DNA of 64,000 bases from Eledone cirrhosa (taxonomy: Eukaryota), in contig OZ024742.1 of assembly GCA_964016885.1 (NCBI GenBank), positions 92,442,001-92,506,000 on the forward strand. Direction: 5' to 3'. Made by a program: the position numbers and the translations under genes. The notes under the pieces were generated by a model. That model had not been told where the DNA came from. It did no database searches and saw only the letters and a program-made list of their open reading frames with translations. The stretch's first letter is position 1. The number at the start of each line of letters is the position of its first letter. This document shows positions 26,695 to 41,456 of this stretch, piece by piece.

Positions 26695-27517
26695 CCTGTT
26701 TAGCTTGCTCGTTTTTTCGGCTGCCTGGCTTGTCACTTCACAGCCATTTTTATAATGTGTCTGGCCCTTATAACGTATGTTAATTGCTCTGGCTTCTTCC
26801 TAGTGCATTGAGCGCTTGCCGGCATATCTCGAAAATAGCGTTTCGTTTTGTTTTGGCCGCCGCCGAAATACCATCTCGATGAAATTATATTTGTATTAAT
26901 CTCCCGAGCCTAGCAATTAATTAGTTAATTCAATTAAACAATTCTATTGACTGATTAATTGCTTAAGTTTATTTAAAAACAACCCGGTCGAGAGCTTACT
27001 TCGATTTGTGCTGTTTTTTGCAATTTTTTGCAATTCCTTTACACATTTTGAATGCACCCGCCAAAAACAGGGGTTACCTCCCTTGCAGGGTAACCACGTG
27101 AGGTAGTGGCTTCACTAATGCTTCATTTGAACCCGTAGGCGGTTGAGAGCAAAGTCCTGTTGACAAAGTGTCTACCTTGTTCGATCATTATACCAAAAGC
27201 TTACAACGAAAGCAGACAGTATACTTGATTTGGGAGTCACAGAAACCTCCCACTGGATTTTACCACCACGTCCCAGGAATGTCTTAATCTTCTTAAACCA
27301 GGTAATTTTTGTTAACCTGTTTAGCTTGCTCGTTTTTTCGGCTGCCTGGCCTGTCACTTCACAGCCATTTTTATAATGTGTCTTGCCCTTATAACGTATG
27401 TTAATTGCTCTGGCTTCTTCCTAGTCCATTGAGCGCTTGCCGGCATATCTCGAAAATTGCGTTTCGTTTTGTTTTGGCCGCCGCCGAAATACGATCTCGC
27501 TGAAATTATATTTGTAT
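26692..27517. repeat. About 205-bp direct repeats flanking about 415 bp of unique sequence
   Basis: 26692-26897 and 27313-27517 are highly similar (TAACCTGTTTAGCTTGCTCG...GAAATTATATTTGTAT); (TA)n lies outside both ends. Confidence 0.8.
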
Positions 27518-27605
27518 ATATATATATATATATATGATTTGCGTTACATGTTTTGCGAACTTGGTGACATGCTTTTTGTCGGAATATCTGAAGATATATA
27601 TACAT

Positions 27606-28740
27606 TAGGGTGGACCTTAGCAATAGGTAATTTTCCGCTACTTCTGTTCCAATTAACAAAATCACGGGGTGTGCACAATCTCAGCTCAATTGAACAACTG
27701 TTAGGCGACCCTCAAACGCCCTGAAGTTGGAACATAGTATACGCAACGATTAATTCTGTTCAAAAGCGGTATACTGTTCCCTATCTCGACCATTTTCTTT
27801 TTTCTTCTTAGAGAAATGTATGTGGACACATCCAGGCAACCCAAGCAAATGTTTAAAACGTTCTGAATCAAATTTACCAATAGTTAATTTGAAAAATTCC
27901 TGAAATAACATGAAAAACTTAAGAAATATTAGGTTTTCTTAATAAAGCACACAACTTCTATAAGAGCAACGCATTTTTATTTACAACAATAATTTCTATA
28001 GAATCAAAAACATAATGTGAACACTGAACACTGAATATTGAACATTATTTTTGCATGGGTTCAAATCCCGCCGAGGTTAACTTTACCTTTCATCCTTACG
28101 AGGTCGATAAAATAAAGTACCAGTAATGTACTGGATAGTTGCTGGCCTTGTGCCAAAAGTAGAAACAATTATTTTTGCATGGTGGATTGGCAGTATCAGT
28201 AGAGGGTCGGACGCCATGCTTTGACGCAAAGAGTTACGTCCCTTTACGATCTGAGTTCAAATCCCGCCGAGGTTAACTTTGCCTTTCATCCTTACGGCGT
28301 TGATAAAATAAAGTACCAGTAATGTACTGAGTAATTGCTGGCCTTGTGCCAAAAGTAGAAACAATTATTTTTGCATGAGAGAGGCAGTTGGGTATGTTTT
28401 ACGGTTTTCGGTAACGATCTGTAAAACAAATTGTTTCTCAATTTCATTTTTTGTGAGAATGTTATTGTAATCCTGAATGGGCTTGACACCTCCTTCTGCA
28501 ACATCATTCACAATTGTCTTCTCAAGTTTTTCAAGTCCACTTCTGTAACCAGGATCACCCTTCCACATTGAAGGGTCTTTGTCGAGGAAATCGGTGCTGA
28601 TAGAAAATCTCGTGAAGAAAGTTTTTGTACCAGGAGTTACAAAAGATGAAAACTCGATGTTTGTAAAGGAAGAAAAGTCATTTTGATTTTGTCACCTTTG
28701 TCTGCTTCCAGCATGACTTGAGCAATATTTGCCTTAACTT
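27606..28740 (-). mobile_element. hAT-superfamily (hATm-like) DNA transposon remnant
   Basis: Terminal TAGGGTGGACCTTAGCAATAGG; minus-strand peptide FFTRFSISTDFLDKDPSMW..IVNDVAEGGVKPIQDYNNILTKNEIEKQFVLQIVTENRKTYP resembles the 'VVNDxAERGV' transposase C-terminus; family assignment is from recall. Confidence 0.55.
28058..28370 (+). mobile_element. Two tandem S1 SINEs nested in the hAT remnant
   Basis: Truncated copy at 28058-28167 and longer copy at 28181-28363; ATTATTTTTGCATG occurs at 28044, 28168 and 28364. Confidence 0.82.
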
Positions 28741-29225
28741 CTCCTTTCTCTCTTTGCTCTCCTTTTCTCAATGCTCTCCTTGTTCTCATTTTCTCATTGC
28801 TCTCCTTGCTCTCCTTTTCTCATTGCTCTCCTTGCTCTCTTTTACTCATTGCTCTCCTTAATCTCCTTGTTCTCCCTTTCTCATTGCTCTCCTTGCTCTC
28901 CTTTTCTTCTTCCTCTCCTTCCTCTCATTTTCTCCTTGCTCTCCTTGCTCTCCTTTTCTCATTGCTCTCCTTGCTCTCCTTGCTCTCCTTGCTCCCCTTT
29001 TCTCATTGCTCTTCTTGCTCTCCTTTTCTTCCTCTCCTTGGTCTCATGTTCTCCTTCCTCTCCTTTTCTCATTGCTCTCCTTGCTCTCCTTTTCTCATTG
29101 CTCTCCTTGCTCTCCTTTTCTCATTGCTCTACTTTCTTTCCTTGTATCTTTGCTCTCCTTGCTCTCATTTTTTCCTTGCTCTTCTTTTATCCTTACTCTC
29201 CTTTTCTCCTTGCTTTCCCTTTTCC
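28735..29225. repeat. Pyrimidine-rich 9-bp (TTGCTCTCC) tandem repeat
   Basis: Recurring TTGCTCTCC and TTTTCTCA units. Confidence 0.88.
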
Positions 29226-29319
29226 CTTGTATCTATGTACTTGTTTGTATACAAATATAATGAGAAAAGAAGAGCAAGGAGAAATATGAAAGCAAGGATA
29301 GTAAGGAGAGTATATATAT

Positions 29320-29411
<92 letters not shown>

Positions 29412-30329
29412 TACTCAATACCGAGTACTCATTTCTGTCAACCACATACGGATATATGTATATTAGGGTAGCCCTTAGCAATAGGAATTTTACGAAAGTT
29501 AAAATTGTGTTGCTCCCACACCGAAAAATAGGTGTTCGCCCTATACCTGCACTCTGTCCCCAGCTTTACAAGTTGCCTTCCCCATTATATTTATTGTCAC
29601 TTATCCTTTTAATATCAAGAATAAGTCTGAACAAGTTTTTAATTTAAGAGAAAATTATATAAGAGATAAAAACTGTTAGCTTAAAAATGACTTTCCCTGC
29701 GAAAACCTCAAAATGTCACGGTCGATGAGGGTCGCTTTGAGTTCAAATCCTGCCGTGGTCATCCGATTGAGGTTGATAAAAAAAAAGTACCATTCCAGTA
29801 CTGGGGTCGATATAGAAACATTGGCTATGTTCAGACCTGGAGAGGGTGGGGCTCCGCCAGGTTTAAAAGCGCCCTAGACACGTGTGTGTGTATAGTTATC
29901 AGTTCAATGTCTATTAAGTTCCTGTGCGTGAATTTGATTATAGGGGGCGTGGTTTGCACAGAACCACATCCATCTTTCAGAAAAACCAGCAGGGAAAGCT
30001 CATGGCCCAACATAGGTTGGGACGACCAGCAACTGTTTCATCTTCAGGTTTTCTACCAGAGTTTCCCTCTCCAAGTAAACTTATGAGTTCCTCCGCACTT
30101 TGACGGGTTTTGTTTGTTTTTCCTCCCGCATGATGCCCCCAAAAATCACCCTCTTCACCAATCTAGATTGATGGAGTTGCCAGTTTAGTCGTTCTATCAT
30201 TTATATGGGATTGCCAATGGATGCCGAGTATTCGGCAAAGACACTGTTGATAAAAATGTTCAAGAATTTTTATATTTCGTTGGTGTGTGACTTAAGTTTC
30301 ACATTCATTCAACATTGAAAACAATACAC

Positions 30330-30660
30330 ATGTTCTGAACACCTTTAACTTTGTATCAGTGGAAATCCCACGTCGTCACCAGAGATGCCCATTTAATTTA
30401 CTAAAAGAATCACTTTTTTTAGTCATAAAATTTGCTATGTTAATTGTGCTGCCTAAATACACAAAGCTATCCAAAACCGCCAAATTTTTGCAATACACAT
30501 AAATGCGAGCCTCAGTGAAATCCATGCCCGGAGCAGGTTGATAGATGACAACTTTCATGAACAGATTGATTGTCAGATCCAATGTGCTGCATGCCTTCGA
30601 AAGAGAATCCACCATGTTGATCACAGAGTGAGCAACATGATCAAAATCATCTGCATTCTA
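30330..30660 (-). mobile_element. RTE-clade LINE reverse transcriptase remnant
   Basis: ADDFDHVAHS..SKACSTLDLTINL..VIYQPAPG..LDSFVYLGSTI..FSKLNGHLW, the typical RTE RT/thumb pattern. Confidence 0.7.
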
Positions 30661-30961
30661 CTTTCATTGAATATGGAGAAGTAATTTGAATTATGGTCTT
30701 ACTAGTCCTAACTACTTACATCTCGTTTATATATATGGCAAAATTTCGTGCGTTTTCATTCAAAAACTAAAAAAAGAAGCTCAATGGGGGCAATACTATA
30801 AGATATAGACAATACAGGAAGCAATGCCGAATCTTCGTCCATCCGCAATAGGTGACATAATCCGGTTCCGATGCGAATGATGGTACCGGGTCTATAATGC
30901 ATCAGTAACTTACAAAGCTCTAACTACTACCAGAAAAACTACACAAATGACGAATATATTG

Positions 30962-31302
30962 TGTACCCCGGCATTCGCAGTCCCGGTTATTCGCGGAATT
31001 TTCCTTAGAACCTAACTGATAATTGTTCGCGGAAGCCACTGCATATTCGCGAAATCGTAAATATATTCCGCGACTTTTTTATGGCTTTTTTTCGTGGCAA
31101 TATATTTTTTTTTTTAACGCTTAATTATCAATGACAATATACCGTATTGGTCGACCTATTGGGCGCCCCTTGGCATAAAACATTTCACGTTCTATTTTGA
31201 TGTTTATAGGCATTTTATAGACCACGTCCAATATTCGCGGTTGTTCGTTCTTCGCGGATGCTCTAGGTACGTAACCCCGCGAATACCGGGGGACAACTGT
31301 AC
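30962..31302. mobile_element. Tigger/pogo-like MITE
   Basis: Right end reads TACAGTTGTCCCCCGGTATTCGCGG on the minus strand; the left end has related GTACCCCGGCATTCGC; internal ATTCGCGG motifs. Confidence 0.55.
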
Positions 31303-31794
31303 TCAATACTACTGGAAGGAAATGCTAAAGTGGATAATACAATGACCTTCTGTTTGTTATTAATAGTTTCCATATGCATTGCTTAATGATACGTTCTGTT
31401 GGTGAGATCTGATTCTGGGTGTCTGGCGTTCCACACATATATTTAACCTTTGCGTAAAACCGAATCGTTTAAGCTCATATAATTATCATATACATTTTTG
31501 ACAAGGTGAAAGTTCCATTATATATTATGATTAGAATCACGTATGTATTTATGTTGTATAGTATAGTCTGATATGATACGGTATAGTATAGTACAGTATA
31601 GTATAGTGTAGTATTCTTTTATGAATTATACTATAACCTAAGAAACTTTGAATATTGTCTGCGACTGTAATCGATGTACACACATATGTCGCTATATATA
31701 TATATATATATATATACATACATAAATATATATATATATATATATATATGTGTATGTATATATATAAATATATATGTCTGTGTGAGTGTGTGTG

Positions 31795-32250
31795 TGTGTC
31801 AGGTCGCTCTAGAGTGCTACTGGTAACATGCAACCCAGTACAACCTGTCTCATGGTCGGGTCGTCGGCGACAAAGCCGGCAACTCCACCAAGCTTACTTG
31901 GTGAGGAGAGTGATATTTGGACACCCTGCGGGATGAACTACAAGACTCGGCAAAGGGCGGAGAAACTCGACAAACGGCCATCCAAATAGTACGTTTTTTT
32001 GTTTTTTTTACCTGGGAGTGAAAGGCCCCCAGTTGTTGTCACAACACCTTTCTAAGAGAGGAAAACTCTGGAAAAAAAACCTGCGGCTTCGGAAGCATCC
32101 GATGATGTTCACAAGTTCTTCTTTTCGGGTACTGTTTTCGATGCTCAGAGAGTGGGATTAGTCGTGTGCTAGGCCTTTCCCCACTTAAAAAACCTTCAAA
32201 GAACAGGCATTGCTTGTTCAGGATCTGTTACAAGCGATTGCAATACTCTT
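31795..32250 (+). mobile_element. Possible LINE (RTE-type) 5'UTR remnant
   Basis: GC-richer island (GGGTCGTCGGCGAC..GGCAAAGGGCGGAGAAACTC..CTAAGAGAGGAAAACTCTG) resembling RTE 5'UTRs; based on recall only. Confidence 0.3.
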
Positions 32251-32391
32251 AGTAGAGTCTGCTATATATATATGTATGTGTGTATTTAAATAATTTTGAA
32301 AAACCATACAATGCACGAGAAATAAAATAAAAATTCTAAGATAACAAAAGAATCTTACCTTAGCAAATTTAATAATCCCATATATATATAT

Positions 32392-32484
<93 letters not shown>

Positions 32485-32506
32485 TGGGTGGATGGATGGG
32501 AGGATG

Positions 32507-32552
<46 letters not shown>

Positions 32553-32719
32553 ACTAAATAAACAAGTATGTGGTGATGCTTTCTTGCCAAGGTTCCGTAA
32601 AACACTAGATTTATGGGAAGACGGTAATTTGATAAGTAACTAACAAACATAATTAACTCTCTACATATATACATTTATGTCTGTGTATATATACATATAT
32701 AAATATATATATAAGTATG

Positions 32720-32763
<44 letters not shown>

Positions 32764-32999
32764 ATCCATACACACATACACTCTCTTTCTTTCTCACACA
32801 CAGACATACACACACTCCACCACCCGTCCTATTGATATTGACACACTCAGCTATCCTAATCACACCACCGCCACCAACACATCCCTGTTTGGCAACTGTT
32901 CGCAATAGATCAAAGTGCTGGCACTAAAGAAAAGACCACAAAAAAGACCCTTTCTATATCCTAACTCTCGTTCTCTTTTATATTTTTTACTATAAGACT

Positions 33000-33200
33000 A
33001 TGGTCCAATAGTTAAGATGCGTGCTTCACAATTTTGAGGTTCCGAGTTCGATCCGGCACTTTTTACTGCTCTGTTCTACACCCCATGCTATTATGACTGT
33101 GGAGGAAGACATGGCCGAGTGGTTAAGATGTTTGCTTCATAATCCCGGAGCCCCGAGTTCAATCCTACTACGTGCTATATTAAAGAAGTGTCTTTTACTC
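33000..33200 (+). mobile_element. Two degenerate tRNA-derived SINE heads (family distinct from S1)
   Basis: TGGCCGAGTGGTTAAG A-box with GAGTTCAATCC / GAGTTCGATCC B-boxes; no proper cloverleaf. Confidence 0.5.
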
Positions 33201-33796
33201 TAACCTTGCAGCTACGCTAACCTTGTAAGTGAAATAGTGTTCATTGAGACTGTCAAGATAGAAACCATTCGGATGGACTATACGAGGGTCAGCTGAAAAG
33301 TCCATAGGCTGTCTATGAAGAATTGATATATAAATAAATGGGTCTCCATTCCCTTTTTACTCCCATATTTGTTGCTTCTTGTTTGCTTCTCTATTCCCTT
33401 TAGTCTCACTCTATTTGTGTATGTCTATGTGTCACTCTATTTGTGTATGTCTATGTGCCTACGTGCATGCTGTTTCTCTCTCTCATCATCCATATATCTA
33501 TATCTATCTACAGCTATCCATCTATCTATATCTATTTAGGAATCTATCTATGTATCACATTAGTCTGTATGTCTTTCTGTAATCATCCATCGAACTATTT
33601 ATGAATCTACCTATCTGTCTGTCTACCTAATCAAATTAGTCTGTATATCACTATCTAATTACATATCTCTATCAATCTATTTGAGTAACTAATTATCTCT
33701 GTCCACTTATCTTTCAACCAATCTATCTATATATGTATATGTAGTGAAATAAGATAACAAGGACGAGTGGTTACTCCTTCATTACGTTTATTGGTT

Positions 33797-33881
33797 AGTG
33801 ACGCGCGTTTCGCCACTGATCAGCTCAAGGTTCGATCTGTATCGATCTGACCCGACTCTGTAAACCGCGGCTCGTCAGACC
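33797..33881 (-). ncRNA. Type I hammerhead ribozyme (Penelope-type)
   Basis: Minus strand: GGT-CTGACGA-GCCGC...GTGGC-GAAA-CGCGCG-TC-ACT followed by AATAAA; intact core, palindromic stem III, GUC cleavage triplet. Confidence 0.8.
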
Positions 33882-33989
33882 CCTTCTAATGTTAATGGAA
33901 AAATGAATACATGCTGTATGATAAAGTCAGAAGTTCCTATGTATATGTATATATGTATATATGTATATATGTATATAGAAGGTCGGATA

Positions 33990-34240
33990 GAAAGCTTTAT
34001 GATATTCGATCCGGCTCTCTGCTCTCGGAGTTCAAATCCCACCGAAGTCAAGTTTACCTTTCATCCTTTCGAGGTCGATAAAAATGTACCAGTTTAGTAC
34101 TGGGATCAATTCCTCCTCTATACATCTCTTTCCCATTTCCTCTCTCTCACTTTCTATCTTTCTCTGGAAGACATCTGCTCTACTCAGGCCTGGAGAGGGA
34201 TCGGCTCCGCCAGGCTTAAAATGCACAAAAAAGCGCCCTA
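33990..34240 (+). mobile_element. S1-related SINE with an extended tail
   Basis: B-box and core, then the tail CCTGGAGAGGG..CTCCGCCAGGCTTAAAA..GCGCCCT, also seen at 29836 and about 54599. Confidence 0.65.
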
Positions 34241-37200
34241 CATGCATACATATATGTATGCCGGACCATACATACATATATGTATACCGGACCATACATA
34301 CATATATGTATGCCGGACCATACATACATATATGTATACCGGACCATACATACATATATGTATATCGGACCATACATACATATATGTATACCGGACCATA
34401 CATACATATATGTATACTGGACCATACATACATATATGTATACTGGACCATACATACATATATGTATACCGGACTATACATACATATATGTATACTGGAC
34501 CATACATACATATATGTATACTGGACCATACATACATATATGTATACCGGACCATACATACATATATGTATACTGGACCATACATAGATATATGTATACT
34601 GGACCATACATACATATATGTATACCGGACCATACATACATATATGTATACCGGACTATACATACATATATGTATACTGGACCATACATACATATATGTA
34701 TACTGGACCATACATACATATATGTATACCGGACCATACATACATATATGTATACCGGACCATACATACATATATGTATACCGGACCATACATACATATA
34801 TGTATACCGGACCATACATACATATATGTATACTGGACCATACATACATATATGTATACTGGACCATACATAGATATATGTATACTGGACCATACATACA
34901 TATATGTATACTGGACCATACATACATATATGTATACCGGACCATACATACATATATGTATACCGGACCATACATACATATATGTATACCGGACCATACA
35001 TACATATATGTATACTGGACCATACATACATATATGTATACCGGACCATACATACATATATGTATACCGGACCATACATACATATATGTATACCGGACCA
35101 TACATACATATATGTATACTGGACCATACATACATATATGTATACTGGACCATACATACATATATGTATACTGGACCATACATACATATATGTATACTGG
35201 ACCATACATACATATATGTATACTGGACCATACATACATATATGTATACTGGACCATACATACATATATGTATACCGGACCATACATACATATATGTATA
35301 CCGGACCATACATACATATATGTATACTGGACCATACATACATATATGTATACCGGACTATACATACATATATGTATATCGGACCATACATACATATATG
35401 TATACTGGACCATACATACATATATGTATACCGGACCATACATACATATATGTATACCGGACCATACATACATATATGTATACCGGACCATACATACATA
35501 TATGTATACTGGACCATACATACATATATGTATACCGGACCATACATACATATATGTATACTGGACCATACATACATATATGTATACCGGACCATACATA
35601 CATATATGTATACCGGACCATACATACATATATGTATACTGAACCATACATACATATATGTATACCGGACCATACATACATATATGTATACTGGACCATA
35701 CATACATATATGTATACCGGACCATACATACATATATGTATACTGGACCATACATACATATATGTATACCGGACCATACATACATATATGTATACTGGAC
35801 CATACATACATATATGTATACTGGACCATACATACATATATGTATACTGGACCATACATACATATATGTATACCGGACCATACATACATATATGTATACT
35901 GGACCATACATACATATATGTATACTGGACCATACATACATATATGTATACCGGACCATACATACATATATGTATACCGGACCATACATACATATATGTA
36001 TACTGGACCATACATACATATATGTATACTGGACCATACATACATATATGTATACTGGACCATACATACATATATGTATACCGGACCATACATAGATATA
36101 TGTATACTGGACCATACATACATATATGTATACTGGACCATACATACATATATGTATACCGGACCATACATACATATATGTATACCGGACTATACATACA
36201 TATATGTATACCGGACCATACATACATATATGTATACCGGACCATACATACATATATGTATACTGGACCATACATACATATATGTATACTGGACCATACA
36301 TACATATATGTATACCGGACCATACATACATTTTTGTATACCGGACCATACATACATATATGTATACCGGACCATACATACATATATGTATACTGGACCA
36401 TACATACATATATGTATACTGGACCATACATACATATATGTATACTGGACCATACATACATATATGTATACTGGACCATACATACATATATGTATACCGG
36501 ACCATACATACATATATGTATACTGGACCATACATACATATATGTATACTGGACCATACATACATATATGTATACCGGACCATACATACATATATGTATA
36601 CTGGACCATACATACATATATGTATACTGGACCATACATACATATATGTATACCGGACCATACATACATATATGTATACTGGACCATACATACATATATG
36701 TATACTGGACCATACATACATATATGTATACCGGACCATACATACATATATGTATACTGGACCATACATACATATATGTATACCGGACCATACATACATA
36801 TATGTATACTGGACCATACATACATATATGTATACTGGACCATACATACATATATGTATACTGGACCATACATACATATATGTATACTGGACCATACATA
36901 CATATATGTATACCGGACCATACATACATATATGTATACTGGACCATACATACATATATGTATACTGGACCATACATACATATATGTATACCGGACCATA
37001 CATACATATATGTATACTGGACCATACATACATATATGTATACCGGACCATACATACATATATGTATACTGGACCATACATACATATATGTATACCGGAC
37101 CATACATACATATATGTATACTGGAACATACATACATATATGTATACCGGACCATACATACATATATGTATACTGGACCATACATACATATATGTATACC

Positions 37201-40200
37201 GGACCATACATATATGTATACTGGACCATACATACATATATGTATACCGGACCATACATATATGTATACTGGACCATACATACATATATGTATACCGGAC
37301 CATACATACATATATGTATACTGGACCATACATACATATATGTATACCGGACCATACATACATATATGTATACTGGACCATACATACATATATGTATACC
37401 GGACCATACATACATATATGTATACTGCACCATACATACATATATGTATACCGGACCATACATACATATATGTATACTGGACCATACATACATATATGTA
37501 TACCGGACCATACATACATATATGTATACTGGACCATACATACATATATGTATACTGGACCATACATACATATATGTATACCGGACCATACATACATATA
37601 TGTATACTGGACCATACATACATATATGTATACTGGACCATACATACATATATGTATACTGGACCATACATACATATATGTATACTGGACCATACATACA
37701 TGTATGTATACCGGACCATACATACATGTATACTGGACCATACATACATATATGTATACCGGACCATACATACATATATGTATACTGGACCATACATACA
37801 TATATGTATACCGGACCATACATACATATATGTATACTGGACCATACATACATATATGTATACTGGACCATACATACATATATGTATACCGGACCATACA
37901 TACATATATGTATACTGGACCATACATACATATATGTATACCGGACCATACATACATATATGTATACTGGACCATACATACATATATGTATACCGGACCA
38001 TACATACATATATGTATACTGGACCATACATACATATATGTATACCGGACCATACATACATATATGTATACTGGACCATACATACATATATGTATACTGG
38101 ACCATACATACATATATGTATACCGGACCATACATACATATATGTATACTGGACCATACATACATATATGTATACTGGACCATACATACATATATGTATA
38201 CAGGACCATACATACATATATGTATACCGGACCATACATACATATATGTATACTGGACCATACATACATATATGTATACCGGACCATACATACATATATG
38301 TATACTGGACCATACATACATATATGTATACCGGACCATACATACATATATGTATACTGGACCATTCATACATATATGTATACTGGACCATACATACATA
38401 TATGTATACTGGACCATACATACATATATGTATACCGGACCATACATACATATATGTATACTGGACCATACATACATATATGTATACTGGACCATACATA
38501 CATATATGTATACTGGACCATACATACATATATGTATACCGGACCATACATACATATATGTATACTGGACCATACATACATATATGTATACTGGACCATA
38601 CATACATATATGTATACCGGACCATACATACATGTATACTGGACCATACATACATACATGTATACCGGTCCATACATACATATATGTATACTGGACCATA
38701 CATACATATATGTATACCGGACCATACATACATATATGTATACCGGACCATACATACATATATGTATACTGGACCATACATACATATATGTATACTGGAC
38801 CATACATACATATATGTATACTGGACCATACATACATATATGTATACTGGACCATACATACATATATGTATACCGGACCATACATACATGTATACTGGAC
38901 CATACATACATATATGTATACCGGACCATACATACATATATGTATACTGGACCATACATACATATATGTATACCGGACCATACATACATATATGTATACT
39001 GGACCATACATATATGTATACTGGACCATACATACATATATGTATACCGGACCATACATACATATATGTATACTGGACCATACATACATATATGTATACT
39101 GGACCATACATACATATATGTATACCGGACCATACATACATATATGTATACTGGACCATACATACATATATGTATACCGGACCATACATACATATATGTA
39201 TACTGGACCATACATATATGTATACTGGACCATACATACATATATGTATACCGGACCATACATACATATATGTATACTGGACCATACATACATATATGTA
39301 TACTGGACCATACATACATATATGTATACCGGACCATACATACATATATGTATACTGGACCATACATACATATATGTATACCGGACCATACATACATATA
39401 TGTATACTGGACCATACATACATATATGTATACCGGACCATACATACATATATGTATACCGGACCATACATACATATATGTATACTGGACCATACATACA
39501 TATATGTATACCGGACCATACATACATATATGTATACTGGACCATACATACATATATGTATACTGGACCATACATACATATATGTATACCGGACCATACA
39601 TACATATATGTATACCGGACCATACATACATATATGTATACTGGACCATACATACATATATGTATACCGGACCATACATACATATATGTATACCGGACCA
39701 TACATACATATATGTATACTGGACCATACATACATATATGTATACCGGACCATACATACATATATGTATACTGGACCATACATACATATATGTATACTGG
39801 ACCATACATACATATATGTATACCGGACCATACATACATATATGTATACTGGACCATACATACATATATGTATACTGCACCATACATACATATATGTATA
39901 CGGGACCATACATACATATATGTATACCGGACCATACATACATATATGTATACCGGACCATACATACATATATGTATACCGGACCATACATACATATATG
40001 TATACCGGACCATACATACATATATGTATACCGGACCATACATACATATATGTATACCGGACCATACAATACATATATGTATACCGGACCATACATACAT
40101 ATATGTATACTGGACCATCCATACATATATGTATACCGGACCATACATACATATATGTATACTGGACCATACATACATATATGTATACCGGACCATACAT

Positions 40201-41456
40201 ACATATATGTATACTGGACCATACATACATATATGTATACCGGACCATACATACATATATGTATACTGGACCATACATACATATATGTATACCGGATCAT
40301 ACATACATATATGTATACTGGACCATACATACATATATGTATACCGGACCATACATACATATATGTATACCGGACCATACATACATATATGTATACTGGA
40401 CCATACATACATATATGTATACCGGACCATACATACATATATGTATACTGGACCATACATACATATATGTATACCGGACCATACATACATATATGTATAC
40501 TGGACCATACATACATATATGTATACCGGACCATACATACATATATGTATACCGGACCATACATACATATATGTATACCGGACCATACATACATATATGT
40601 ATACTGGACCATACATACATATATGTATACCGGACCATACATACATATATGTATACTGGACCATACATACATATATGTATACCGGACCATACATACATAT
40701 ATGTATACCGGACCATACATACATATATGTATACCGGACCATACTTACATATATGTATACTGGACCATACATACATATATGTATACCGGACCATACATAC
40801 ATATATGTATACTGGACCATACATACATTTTTGTATACCGGACCATACATACATATATGTATACTGGACCATACATACATATATGTATACTGGACCATAC
40901 ATACATTTTTGTATACCGGACCATACATACATATATGTATACCGGACCATACATACATATATGTATACTGGACCATACATACATATATGTATACCGGACC
41001 ATACATACATATATGTATACCGGACCATACATACATATATGTATACTGGACCATACATACATATATGTATACTGGACCATACATACATATATGTATACCG
41101 GACCATACATATATGTATACTGGACCATACATACATATATGTATACCGGACCATACATACATATATGTATACTGGACCATACATACATATATGTATACCG
41201 GACCATACATACATATATGTATACTGGACCATACATACATATATGTATACCGGACCATACATACATATATGTATACCGGACCATACATACATATATGTAT
41301 ACCGGACCATACATACATATATGTATATCGGACCATACATACATATATGTATACTGGACCATACATACATTTTTGTATACCGGACCATACATACATATAT
41401 GTATACCGGACCATACATACATATATGTATACCGGACCATACATACATATATGTAT
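34241..41456. repeat. 26-bp minisatellite (ACCATACATACATATATGTATACYGG)n, roughly 278 units
   Basis: Directly visible; about 7.2 kb / 26 bp; nearly invariant except a C/T at the CCGG/CTGG position and a few shortened units. Confidence 0.98.

Noticed and set aside
30020-30052. CTGAAGA-T-GAAA on the minus strand (similar cases at about 22977 and 26395)
   Set aside because: No stem II between the boxes; probably chance or a deleted remnant
33100-33175. tRNA-like sequence
   Set aside because: A and B boxes only, with no consistent acceptor or anticodon stems; treated as a SINE head
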